A stretch of 64,000 nucleotides of DNA from the human T2T-CHM13v2.0 reference genome, Homo sapiens. Every line of letters begins with the position of its first letter. Positions within the stretch are counted from its first letter, which is position 1. Made by a program: the position numbers and the translations under genes. The stretch lies in assembly GCF_009914755.1 (NCBI RefSeq), contig NC_060930.1. One strand, written 5' to 3'. Positions 1 through 11,120 of the stretch are shown one piece after another. The notes beneath the pieces were generated by a model. The model saw only the letters and a list, made by a program, of their open reading frames with translations. It did no database searches and was not told the DNA's origin.

Positions 1-251
1 CAATAAATCAAAATTATATAAGTGATTTAACTTCAAAACTAAGTGTCTGAATAGATTTTCATTCAATGAGATTTTTAACATAGAGACCATATACATAGGT
101 TGAAATTTTCTGGAGTCTCTTATCTTTAGCTCAATGAACACTCCTCAAAGCATGATGACATTAAAAGTTGGGTTAATAAAATTCCCATGGTGCTTCTAAT
201 ATTAACTTCACTTGGAGGATTGATTTTACAAAAATTCTAATTGCAATATAA

Positions 252-432
252 TTTTTTCCTGTTCTTTTTTCCTGTTCAGTCTCTCTTTCTCTATTTCCTC
301 CTCTTTCTCTTCTTCCTCCTCCTCCTTCTTCTTCCTCTTCCTCCTATTCCTCTTCCTCTTCTTCTTCTTCCTCTTCCTCTTCTTCTTCTTTTCTCTCTCA
401 CTGTCTCTAAATCTCACTCACTCTCTCTCCTT
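252..432. repeat. Polypyrimidine/polypurine low-complexity tract (CTT/CCT-rich)
   Basis: ~180 nt almost exclusively C/T on +; generates the spurious K/R/E-rich ORF 226..417. Confidence 0.9.
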
Positions 433-494
433 ATGACTTCTGGATAATACCAATATTAGACTAAAATGACCAGTCTGTCCCTCTCCTCTAGAGA

Positions 495-562
495 GTTCTA
501 TGGTCTAAATGTCTACGCCCTCACAAAATTCATATGTTGACATCCAAATCCCAAAGCGATAG
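495..562 (+). mobile_element. MLT1A-type MaLR LTR, 5' part (interrupted by HERV-H)
   Basis: ctatggtctaaatgtc...caaaattcatatgttga resembles the MLT1A0 start and continues collinearly at 6078. Confidence 0.8.
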
Positions 563-983
563 TGTCAGGCCTCTGAGCCAAGCTAAGCCATCATATCCCC
601 TGTGACCTGCATGTACACATCCAGATGGCCAGTTCCCACCTTAACTGATGACATTCCACCACAAAAGAAGTGAAAGTGGCCGGTCCCTGCCTTAACTGAT
701 GACATTACCTTGTGAAATTCCTTCTCCTGGCTCATCCTAGCTCAAAAGCTCCCCCACTGAGCACCTTGTGACCCCCCCACCCCTGCCCGCCAGAGAATAA
801 CCCCCCTTTGACTGTAATTTTCCTTTACCTACCCAAATCTTATAAAACGGCCGCACCCCATCTCCCTTCACTGACTCTCTTTTCAGACTCAGCCCGCCTG
901 CACCCAGGTGAAATAAACAGCCTTGTTGCTCACTCAAAGCCTGTTTGGTGGTCTCTTCACACAGACATGAGTGAAATGTGAAA
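563..983 (+). mobile_element. 5' LTR7 of provirus A
   Basis: tgtcaggcctctgagcc...; two gccttaactgatgacatt-type repeats; TATA-like TATAAAA at 841; AATAAA at 912; ACAAAAGA at 661-668. Confidence 0.95.
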
Positions 984-985
984 TT

Positions 986-1003
986 TGGTGCCGTGACTCG
1001 GAT
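986..1003 (+). promoter_or_regulatory. Primer-binding site, tRNA-His
   Basis: TGGTGCCGTGACTCGGAT, the 18-nt complement of the tRNA-His 3' end, directly after the 5' LTR. Confidence 0.93.
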
Positions 1004-1126
1004 CGGGGGACCTCCCTTGGGAGATCAATCTTCTGTCCTCCTACTCTTTGCTCTGTGACAAAGATCCACCTGCAACCTCTGGTCCTCAGACTAACCAGCC
1101 CAAGGAACACCTCACCAATTTTAAAT

Positions 1127-1135
1127 CGGGTAAGC
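1127..1135 (+). promoter_or_regulatory. HERV-H major splice donor (provirus A)
   Basis: CGG|GTAAGC about 145 nt after the 5' LTR. Confidence 0.75.
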
Positions 1136-1799
1136 AGCCTCTTTCTACTCTCTTCTCCAACCTCTCTCACTATCCTTCAACCTCTTTCTCCTTTCAATCT
1201 TGGCGCCACACTTCAATCTCTCCCTTCTCTTAATTTCAGTTCCTTTCCTTTTCTGGTAGAGACAAAGGAGACGCATTTTATCCATGAACCCAAAACTCCG
1301 GAGCCGGTCACGGACTCGGGAAAACAGTCTTCCCTTGGTGTTTAATCACGCGGGGACAACTGCCTGATTATTCACCCACGTTTCAGAGGTGTGTGACCAC
1401 GTGGGAACGCCTGTCTTGGTCCTTCACCCTTAGCAGCAAGCACCGCTTTTCTGGGGGGCAAGCACCTCCAACCCCTTCCCTCCATGTCTCTACCCCTTCT
1501 CCACTTTCCTGGGGGGCAAGCACCCCCCCCACCCCTTCTCTCCATGTCTCTACCCTCTCTTTTCTCTGGACTTAGCTCCTTCACTATGGACAACCTTCCA
1601 CCCTCCATTCCTCCCTCTTCTCCCTTAGCCTGTGTTCTCAAAGACCTCTTCAACTCACACCTGACCTAAAATCTAAATGCCTTATTTTCTTCTGCACTGC
1701 CACTTGACCCCAATACAAACTGGACAGTGGTTCCAAATAGCCAGAAAACAGCACTTTCGACTTTTCCACCCTACAAGACCTAAAAAATTCTTGTCCTAA

Positions 1800-4700
1800 A
1801 ATGGGCAAACGGTCTGAGGTGCCTGACGTCCAGGCATTCTTTTACACATCGGTCCCTCCCTAGTCTCTGTTCCCAATGCAGCTTGTCCCAAACTTCCTTC
1901 TTTCCCTCCCGCCTGTCCCCTCAGTCCCAACCCCAAGCATCACTGAGTCTTTCCTCTTTCCAATCTTCCTTTTCTACAGACCCAATGACCTCTCCCCTCC
2001 TCCCCAGGCTGCTCATCGCCAGGCTGAGCTAGGTCTCAATTCTTCCTCAGCCTCCACTCCCGCACCCTATAATCCTTTTATCACCTCCCCTCCTCACACC
2101 CGGTCCGGCTTACAGTTGCATTCTGTGACTAGCCCTCCCCCACCTGCCCAGCAATTTCCTCTTAAAAAGGTGGCTGGAGCTAAAAGCATAGTCAAGGTTA
2201 ATGCTCCTTTTTCTTTATCCCAAATCAGTCAGCATTTACACTCTTTTTCATCAAATATGAAAAACCCAGCCCAGTTCATGGCTTGTTTGGCAGCAACCTT
2301 GAGATGCTTTACAGCCCTATACCCTAAAATGTCAAAAGGCCATCTTATTCTCAATATACATTTTATTACCCAATCTGCTCCCGACATTAAATAAGACTCC
2401 AAAAATTAAATTCCAGCCCTCAAACCCCACAACAGGACTTAATTAACCTCACCTTCAAGGTGTACAATGATAGAGTAGAGGCAGCCAAGTAGCAACGTAT
2501 TTCTGAGTTGCAATTCCTTGCCTCCACTGTGAGACAAACCCCAGCCACATCTCCAGCACACAAGAACTCCAAACGCCTGAACTGCAGCTGCCAGGGATTC
2601 CTCCAGAACCTCCTCCCCCAGGACCTTGCCACAAGTGCCGGAAATCCGGCCACTGGGCCAACAAATGCCCATAGCCCAGGATTCCTCCTAAGCAGTGTGC
2701 CATCTGTGCAGGACCCCACTGGAAATCGGACTCACCCGGCAGCCACTCCCAGAGCCCCTGGAACTCTGGCCCAAGGCTCTCTGACTGACTCCTTCCCAGA
2801 TCTTCTTGGCTTAGCGGCTGAAGACTGACACTGCCCGATCACCTCAAAAGGCTCCTGGACCATCACAGATGCTTTGGGTAACTCTCACAGTGGAGGGTGA
2901 GTCTGTCCCCTTCTTAATCAAAATGAAAGCCACCCACTCCACATTACCTTCTTTTCAAGGGCCTGTTTCCCTTGCCTCCATAACTGTTGTGGGTATTGAT
3001 GGCCAGGCTTCTAAACCTCTTAAAACTCCCCAGCTCTGGTGCCAAATTAGACAATACTCTTTTAAGCACTCCTTTTAATTATCCCCACCTGCCCAGTTCC
3101 CTATTAGGCCGAGACACTTTAACTAAATTATCTGCTTCCCTGACTATTCCTGGATTACAGCTACATCTCATTGCTGCCCTTCTTCCCAATCCAAAGCCTC
3201 CTTTGCGTGCTCCTCTTGTATTCCCCCCACTTAACCCACAAGAATAAGATACCTCTACTCCCTCCTTGGCAACCGATCATGCACCCCTTACCATCTCATT
3301 AAAACCTAATCACCCTTACCCCAATCAATGCCAATATCCCATCCCACAGCATGCTTTGAAAGGATTAAAGCCTGTTATCTCTCGCCTGCTACAGCATGGC
3401 TTTTAAAGCCTATAAACTCTCCTTACAATTCCCCCGTTTTACCTGTCCTAAAACCAGACAAGCCTTACAAGTTAGTTCAGGATCTATGCCTTATCAACCA
3501 AATTGTTTTGCCTATCCACCCTGTGGTTCCAAACCCATATACTCTCCTATCCTCAATACCTCCCTCCACAATCCATTATTCTGTTCTGGATCTCAAACAT
3601 GCTTTCTTTACTATTCCTTTCCACCCTTCATCCCAGCCTCTCTGCTTTCCCTTAGACTGACCCTGACACCCATCAGGCTCAGCGAATTACCTGGGCTGTA
3701 CTGCCACAAGGCTTCACAGACAGACCCCGTGACTTCAGTCTAGTCAGAATTCTTACACAAGAGCCAGGACTGCACCCTGTAGCCTTTCTGTCCAAACAAC
3801 TTGACCTTACTGTTTTAGCCTAGCCCTCATGTCTGCGTGCGGCGGCTGCCGCTGCTTAAATACTTTTAGAGACCCTCAAAATCACAAACTATGCTCAACT
3901 CACTCTCTACAGTTCTCATAACTTCCAAAATCTATTTTCTTTCTCACACCGGACGCATATACTTTCTGCCCCCTCCACTACCTCTCAGCAAGCCAAACTC
4001 ATTGCCTTAACTCGGGCCCTCACTCTTACAAAGGGGCTACACATCAATATTTATACTGACTCTAAATATGCCTTCCATATCCTGCACCACCAAGCTGTTT
4101 TATAGGTGAAAGAAATTTCCTCACTATGCAAGGGTCCTCCATCATTAATGCCTCTTTAATAAAAATGCTTCTCAAAGCCACTTTACTTCCAAAGGAAGCT
4201 GGAGTCATTCACTGCAAAGGCCATCAAAAGGCATCAGATCCCATCACTCAGGACAACGCTTATCCTGATAAGGTAGCTAAAAAAGCAGCCATCAAAAGGG
4301 CTCAGATCCCATCGCTCAGGACAATGCTTATGCTGATAAGGTAATTAAAAAAGCAGCTAGCATTCCAACTTCTATCCCTCGTGCAGATTTTCTCCTTCTC
4401 ATCTGGCCACTCTCACCCACTCCCTCACTGAAACTTCCATCTATCAATCTCTTCCCACACAAGGCAAATGGTTTTTGGACCAAAGAAAATATCCCCTTCC
4501 AGCCTCACAGGCCCATTCTATTCTGTCATCATTTCATAACCTCTTCCATGTAGGTTACAAGCCACTAGTCCGCCTTTTAGAACCTCTCATTTCCTTTCCA
4601 TCGTGGAAATCTATCCTCAAGGAAATAACTTCTCAGTGTTCCATCTGCTATTCTACTACTCCTCAGGGATTGTTGAGGCCTCCTCCCTTTCCTACACATC

Positions 4701-5200
4701 AAGCTCAGGGATTTGCCCCTGCCCAGGACTGGCAAATTGACTTTACTCACATGCCCCGAGTCAGAAAACTAAAATAACTCTTGGTCTAGGTAGACACTTT
4801 CACTGGATGGGTAGAGGCCTTTCCCACAGGGTCTGAGAAGGCCACTGTGGTCATTTCTTCCCTTCTGTGAGACATAATTCCTCGGTTTGGCCTTCCCACA
4901 TCTATACAGTCCGATAGTGGACTGGTCTTTATTAGCCAAATCACCCAAGCAGTTTTTCAGGCTCTTGGTATTCAGTGAAACATTTATATACCTTACAATC
5001 CTCAATCTTCAGGAATGGTAGAACGGACTAATGGTCTTTTAAAAACACACCTCACCAAGCTCAGCCACCAACTTAAAAAGGACTGGACAATACTTTTACC
5101 ACTTGCCCTTCTCAGCATTCAGGCGGGTCTGTCCTCGGAATGCTACAGGGTACAGCCCATTTGAGCTCCTGCATGGACACTCCTTTTTATTAGGCCCCAG
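1800..5200 (+). pseudogene. Degenerate HERV-H gag-pro-pol of provirus A
   Basis: Fragment ORFs carry motifs for protease (LLGRD), RT (NSPVLPVLKP..LVQDL, LDLKHAFF), RNase H (VIHCKGHQK) and integrase (HxxxH..CSIC, WQIDFTHMP). Many stops and frameshifts. Confidence 0.9.
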
Positions 5201-5656
5201 TCTCATTCCAGACACCAGCCCAACTTGAACTGCACCCCAAAAACTTGGATAGAGCCTAAAAGCTCACCAACCAAGCAAGTAATTATGCTCAACCCCCTTG
5301 AGCACTCTCTAATTGGATGTCCTGGGTCCTCCCAATTTTCAGTCCTTTAATACCTGTTTTTCTCCTTCTCTTATTCCATTTAGTTTTTCAATTCATACAA
5401 AACCGTATCCAGGCCATCACCAATAATTCTATATGACAAATGTTGCTTCTAACAACCCCACAATATCACCCCTTACCACAGGATCTTCCTTCAGCTTAAT
5501 CTCTCCCACTCTAGGTTCCCATGCCGCCCCAATCCCTCTCGAAGCAGCCCTGTGAAACATCGCTCATTATCTTTCCATACCACCCCCCAAAAAATTTTCG
5601 TCGCCCCAACACTTTACCACTATGTTATTTTTCTTATTAATATAAGAAGACAGGAA

Positions 5657-6077
5657 TGTCAGACCTCTGAGCCCAAGCTAAGCCATCATATCCCCTGTGA
5701 CCTGCATGTACACATCCAGATAGCCAGTTCCTGCCTTAACTGATGACATTCCACCACAAAAGAAGTGAAAATGTCCGGTCCCTGCCTTAAATGATGACAT
5801 TACCTTGTGAAATTCCTTCTCCTGGCTCATCCTGGCTCAAAAGCTCCCCCACTGAGCACCTCGTGACCCCTGCCCCTGCCCGCCAGAGAATAACCCCCCT
5901 TTGACTGTAATTTTCCTTTACCTACCCGAATCTTATAAAATGGCCGCACCCCTATCTCCCTTCGCTGACTCTCTTTTCAGACTCAGCCCGCCTGCACCCA
6001 GGTGAAATAAACAGCCTTGTTGCTCACACAAAGCATGTTTGGTGGTCTCTTCACATGGACATGAGTAAAATGTGAAA
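5657..6077 (+). mobile_element. 3' LTR7 of provirus A (preceded by PPT ataagaagacaggaa)
   Basis: About 95% identical to 563-983 by manual alignment. Confidence 0.95.
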
Positions 6078-6363
6078 GATAGTATTTGGAGTTGTGGCCT
6101 TTGGAGGCAATTAGGTCCTGAGGGCAGAGCCCTCACAAACAGAATTAGTGCCCTTATAAAAGAGGCCTAAGAGAGTTCACCCCTTCCATGATGTGAGAAC
6201 ACAGCAAGAAGCCTATGAGCTACAGAGTAGGTTCTCACAGATACCAAAACTGCTGGCAACTTGATCTGGAATTTCCCAGCCTCCAGAATTGTGAGAAATA
6301 ATGTCTGTTTATAAGCTATCCAGTTTATGGTATTTTGTTATATCAGCCAAAAGAGACTAAGAG
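6078..6363 (+). mobile_element. MLT1A-type MaLR LTR, 3' part
   Basis: gtatttggagttgtggcctttgg...cccttataaaagagg...cccagcctccagaattgtgagaaataa...gactaaga continues the 495-562 fragment. Confidence 0.85.
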
Positions 6364-7510
6364 AGTGAGACACATGCAAAAAATAAAATAAAATAAAGGG
6401 TAGGATGCAAAACTCCTGAAGTACATTGGATTCTAAAAGATAAAATCCATTTGATTTGCAATTTTGAAAAAATAAAATACTTGCATCTGCAAGTATTGTT
6501 GGATATTTAGATGCTTTTAAACCAAAGGAAAAACTAGGATCCTGATTTAAAAGCACTTTTGGTGAGCTAATTGTTTTATTGACTGCAGAAGGAAATGACT
6601 GTCACTTTGCTAATCTACATTTGAATAGTCATATTGTAGCTCCAATCCTTGCTTTTCAATATCTGAGGCATGGGCATTTTCCCTCTGCTTTAAAAAACTT
6701 TCTCAACTGAAATTTTTCCACACTCATCTTTACTATTAACTTACTTCAGTAGTTTAGAAATGTGCACTTGTGTGGGACCTAATGAAATTAAACACAAACA
6801 TCCCTACTTACAATTATGTGGTTATTTCAGTATATAATTGTTTATGGCAATGTAAAACTAAGTTTACTGATACTCAACTATTACTTCTTGAGGCAAAAGG
6901 AACATTACTGAATGCAAATAGATGTATATTTCACCTCTCTTACTCAATATGACCCTAATCAACCAATTCTTTACCAGCAAAATTGTGCGACAGATGTTTA
7001 AACCTGGAATACTTCCAGCTAACTGGAGCTAGACCTATGTCAAATAACGGGCACTTTATATTTCAAAGCAAAATAAAAAACTACTTCTGGCTTCTTTTAT
7101 CCCTGTCAAGTATCCAGATGAAAATTAGGGCATCATATTGTACTTTTATTAATAAATATGTATAAAAGGTGTGACTATTGAATTTGCTTTTCTCTTCTTA
7201 AAAAAAGCCCATGTTAAATATAAACAAGATTTGAATCTATGCGTATAATAAGAAATGGGAACACATGGTTTTTTGTAGGTTTATAGATTTCCATAAATTT
7301 GTTTCCAAGCTACGATTCAACAGAAATAATTTTCTGGTGGCATAAAAGTCAAAATATTATACTACTCCAGTTGGATGATTTACTTGGATCACCATATTAT
7401 AAATTTAACAGATTAGTGGAGAAGAGATAATACAGCAATTAACATATTCTGACTAATTATTTAATACATATTTGTTTAATGAAGTTGAGGTTTAGTTTTG
7501 GAAGCTTTAC

Positions 7511-7646
7511 TTTTTTGTTTGTTTTTGTTTTTGTTTTTGTTTTTAAGATAGGGTCTCACTCTGTCACCCAGGCTGGAGTGCAGTGGCGCAAGCTCAACTC
7601 AGTACAACATCCGCCTGCTGGGCTCAAGTGATTCTCCCACCTCAGG
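7511..7646 (-). mobile_element. Old Alu fragment (AluJ/FRAM right arm)
   Basis: (TTTTTG)n tail followed by agggtctcactctgtcacccaggctggagtgcagtgg. Confidence 0.85.
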
Positions 7647-10600
7647 CTCTTGCCTTTATTAAAACAACAATAAAAACAATATCCGGTTTTACCACAATTT
7701 CAAAAGAGAATTTTAAGACTAAAAATGTAGGAACAATATAATCTAAGAATTAAGAACACTTCTTAAAAATGAATACTTTTTTTCTTTATCTTTTTCCTCA
7801 TTTCATGAAGAATTGATACACTTTTTATTAGAGTCTGGGAAATATTGAATTATAGAACTCTTTGCTTCCTTCAGGTACTCATAGACAGACTGAAGTTGGG
7901 TAGTAAAATGCATCTTTTTAGGTGTAATGACCAAGAGGACCAAATAGGCCTGGGGTAGTGAGCAGAAAATATGGAATTTGAGATAAGACTTGAATCAGAG
8001 TAAGAAACACACAAAATGTGCTCCTTGAAAACTCAGTACACATGAGAGTTGATAGAGTCCTAAATGTTGCATTTAGTGTTTCAGTCTTCCATGTTTCCTA
8101 AAAAGTAATAACATATTTGTGTGTGTGTGTGTATATGAGTGTAAAATTAAATGTTAAATTTGTACTTTCTGACTGACTTTGGGCCTTCCCTAAATGATTT
8201 TACTCTGCTAAACTCATAGCCTGACAAACCGTGCACCTGCTTAACTGGGCTAAGCGCCAAGAAAAGAAAAAAAGTCAGGAAAATTAATTTCCAAGAGCAG
8301 CAGATAAATGGCACACCTCATTAGAAAATCTATTTAAAAGGCACATCAGGAGATGTCTGCAAGACTTTTCATAAGAAATTGATGCTTCCTACTATTATGT
8401 CTTTGCTGGCTCTCTTCTCAGATTACAGATCTTACTTCCTGGTAATAAGATTCAAATTCAAGTTACATTTAATGAGTCCCTCCTATGTGCCAGGCATGTA
8501 GGTTTTACATAGATTATTGTATTTAATTCTTACAAAATTGGTTTGAAATAAGTATATTTTGTGGAATACTTGCAAAAATTACCAAGTGTGCTTTGAGACA
8601 CGCTGGTACAACCATGTAATGATGTTTTCCTCTAATGGATGAGGATGCTAATGAATGATGATCCTTGTTCTTAGGAAGGAAAAGAGTTACCACATTCTAT
8701 TGCTGTACATTCTGACCTAGAAGAAAATCATCAACATCCACTAATGCCTTAGTTTGTAGTCATTTCTTTATAAATCCTATTTGTTTGCACTTCTGATTGT
8801 TTAGTGAGAAAGTTGTCACTTCATAAATAAAGCAAAAGAAATTTGTAAGAAATTTCAACCAAAGCCTACAAATTCTGGCCCCAAAAGATCAGAATACATA
8901 ATCAAGGCACCCCTTCATTTTCTGAGAGGGAGGTCTTTCTGGCTGAGTCTGCAGAAGCTTGAAGGGAAGATCTCCGGCAGCCTTTCTAAGCCTCTAGCCT
9001 CAATTACTAAGAGAGCAACGTTTCTCTGTCCTCCCATCCCCCACTTAGGGTTTCCAAAATCATTCTTCTTTGAGGAGAGAACTAAAGTCAATGTGGATAA
9101 CAGAGCGATCATACACCTTGGTTTGTGTCTGATGTCCTGAGGTAAATCTTAATTGCTCCCCATTTCACTCTCACAAGTATCCTGTTTCAGCTGTTAGATG
9201 ATATTGTTGTCCTATATGAAGACTTTGCACACTGTCAAAGCACTAAGCTGGAACTGTCTTCCCAGAAATCCCTTATATGTATGTTTTCAGGTAACAGTTG
9301 GAAACAAGACATTTTTGCAAGTTTTGGAAGGCACGAATGTGGCAATAATGAAGCCATTATTTATTGTCTGAAGGTTGGTGTAGGGCAGGTGCTTTTGCAG
9401 CTCACGCTCATGATCCCAGAGAGTCTAGCTGCCCTTGTTGTGTGGCAACAGCCGCCACATCTCCAGCGCACACTGGGCTGGCTTCTTCAGCGTCTCCAAA
9501 TCCTGGCCAGGTGCGCGTGCAGTTCCGTGGGGGAAAGGCGTCAATTTATCCTGCAGCTCATCCGCATAATTGTAATTTGTGGTGGTGAGAGACAAACAAG
9601 TCTTCCACTTTGTTCTTGTCAGTTTCAGTTTGTCCCAAGTCCCTCCCATTCTATCCATCTTCCCTTCCCAATTTCCACCCTGACTACTTTCCACTCAACA
9701 CCAGATGCATTGCAACAGCCTTACATAGATTAATCAGCTACCATGAATTCATAAACGATATAATAAACCCTTATTCTATGTAATTCAGAGTTGCTTTCAG
9801 CTATTGTGTCAAACATTGACAGATAGGCATAGTATTGTTTGAATATTATTTGGATGTTACATTAAGTAAGAAGTGTGGTGTAGGTGAAATATCTTTTCCA
9901 GTCTGTTTATTTGGTGCCTTAAAATTTGTCTCATTTGATAAGAAGAATCAAAGTCAAAAATTTTGCAGAATAGAAAGCAAGATGTTATCCCCATTTCACA
10001 GACAAGAAAAGATAAGTTCCTAGTCATGTTAGCTTGTAGGTTCATAGAGCTGAATAACGAACCCAAATCATCTAAATGAACCACAAATAAAAGCCAATTC
10101 TGCATGTCCCCAACTAGTAGCAAATATATGCATAAATCAGACAGAATTCTGAAAATAGGGGGAATTGTAAAGGTTGCCCAGAAGAGAATTATTCTTCTCA
10201 ATCCAGTACAGTATGAGCTTATAAAAACAGATTTTCATTTCTCTATGAACAACCTTTTCATGGCTTCACGGCATTTACCTACTTTTCTAAACTTCCAGAG
10301 AGTAACTGACAGTTGCCCTGACTTTCTGGCCTTCCAAATCATTTCCAGTTTATTTCTTTTACCACTAGCCTTGTTTTGTAAATACTAACAATTATATATT
10401 TCAAAGATTATCACATGGTACAAAAGATTCATCATGATAATACTAATCCCTAGCAAAAGTTTGAATTGTGTCTATCAAAATTAACATTAAATATGTGAGT
10501 ATAATTTACATTTTGAAACTGTTATTGAAGCCATAATTTATATAGTTCTTTCATTTTTATAATACACATATTTCAAGAATTGCATATAAATCAAATATTT

Positions 10601-11120
10601 GTAAAGTTAACAATGTACAAGTGTACTACAGAAATTATCATTGAAAGGAATTTGTTCTTATTTTATAAAATGCACAGCTACCTATAATTAGATTTTTAGA
10701 TTAGATTACTTAAAATAAGGCATACTTATAGTTCACAGTAGAGCTTCCATTGGAGCGCTGCAATTAATTTCTATGGGCAATGCCTATGTTACTGGCATTT
10801 CATCTGATAGGGAAATACTTCAGTCAATGCAAGCTCAAGGGAAATGAAATTTTGTAGAGTAAGGTAACCAAGTGTCTTTTACTTAAAACTCTAGGTCATA
10901 ATTTACATTATAGACATTACAACTGTGTATATTTTAAAAGCCTCTATTATACAATAAACTATGTATTGCCTATTTAGATTAGACATTTATGACTCTGGAT
11001 AAATAGCCCTTTTGCTTTCTTTGATATCACGGGACTTTTCTCTACTTGTTAGATGAGAATCTAACTCATTGGTAGTCCAGCTACCAATGGTATGCTGGCA
11101 GAGTCAACTCAATCACACCT

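Larger units (their letters stand above)
563..6077 (+). mobile_element. HERV-H provirus A (LTR7-gag-pro-pol-env remnant-LTR7), antisense to TRDN
   Basis: Two ~421-bp LTRs starting TGTCAG, His-tRNA PBS, PPT, degenerate gag/pro/pol ORFs, 5-bp TSD GATAG (558-562 / 6078-6082). Confidence 0.96.

Noticed and set aside
226-447. K/R/E-rich and L/P-rich ORFs
   Set aside because: Translation artefacts of the CTT/CCT low-complexity tract.
1876-2394. 172-aa ORF
   Set aside because: Lies in decayed HERV-H gag; proline-rich mosaic of frames, not an independent gene.
9281-9733. 150-aa ORF in unique DNA
   Set aside because: No recognisable domain or splice support and antisense to TRDN; the length is attainable by chance in this locally GC-richer patch.
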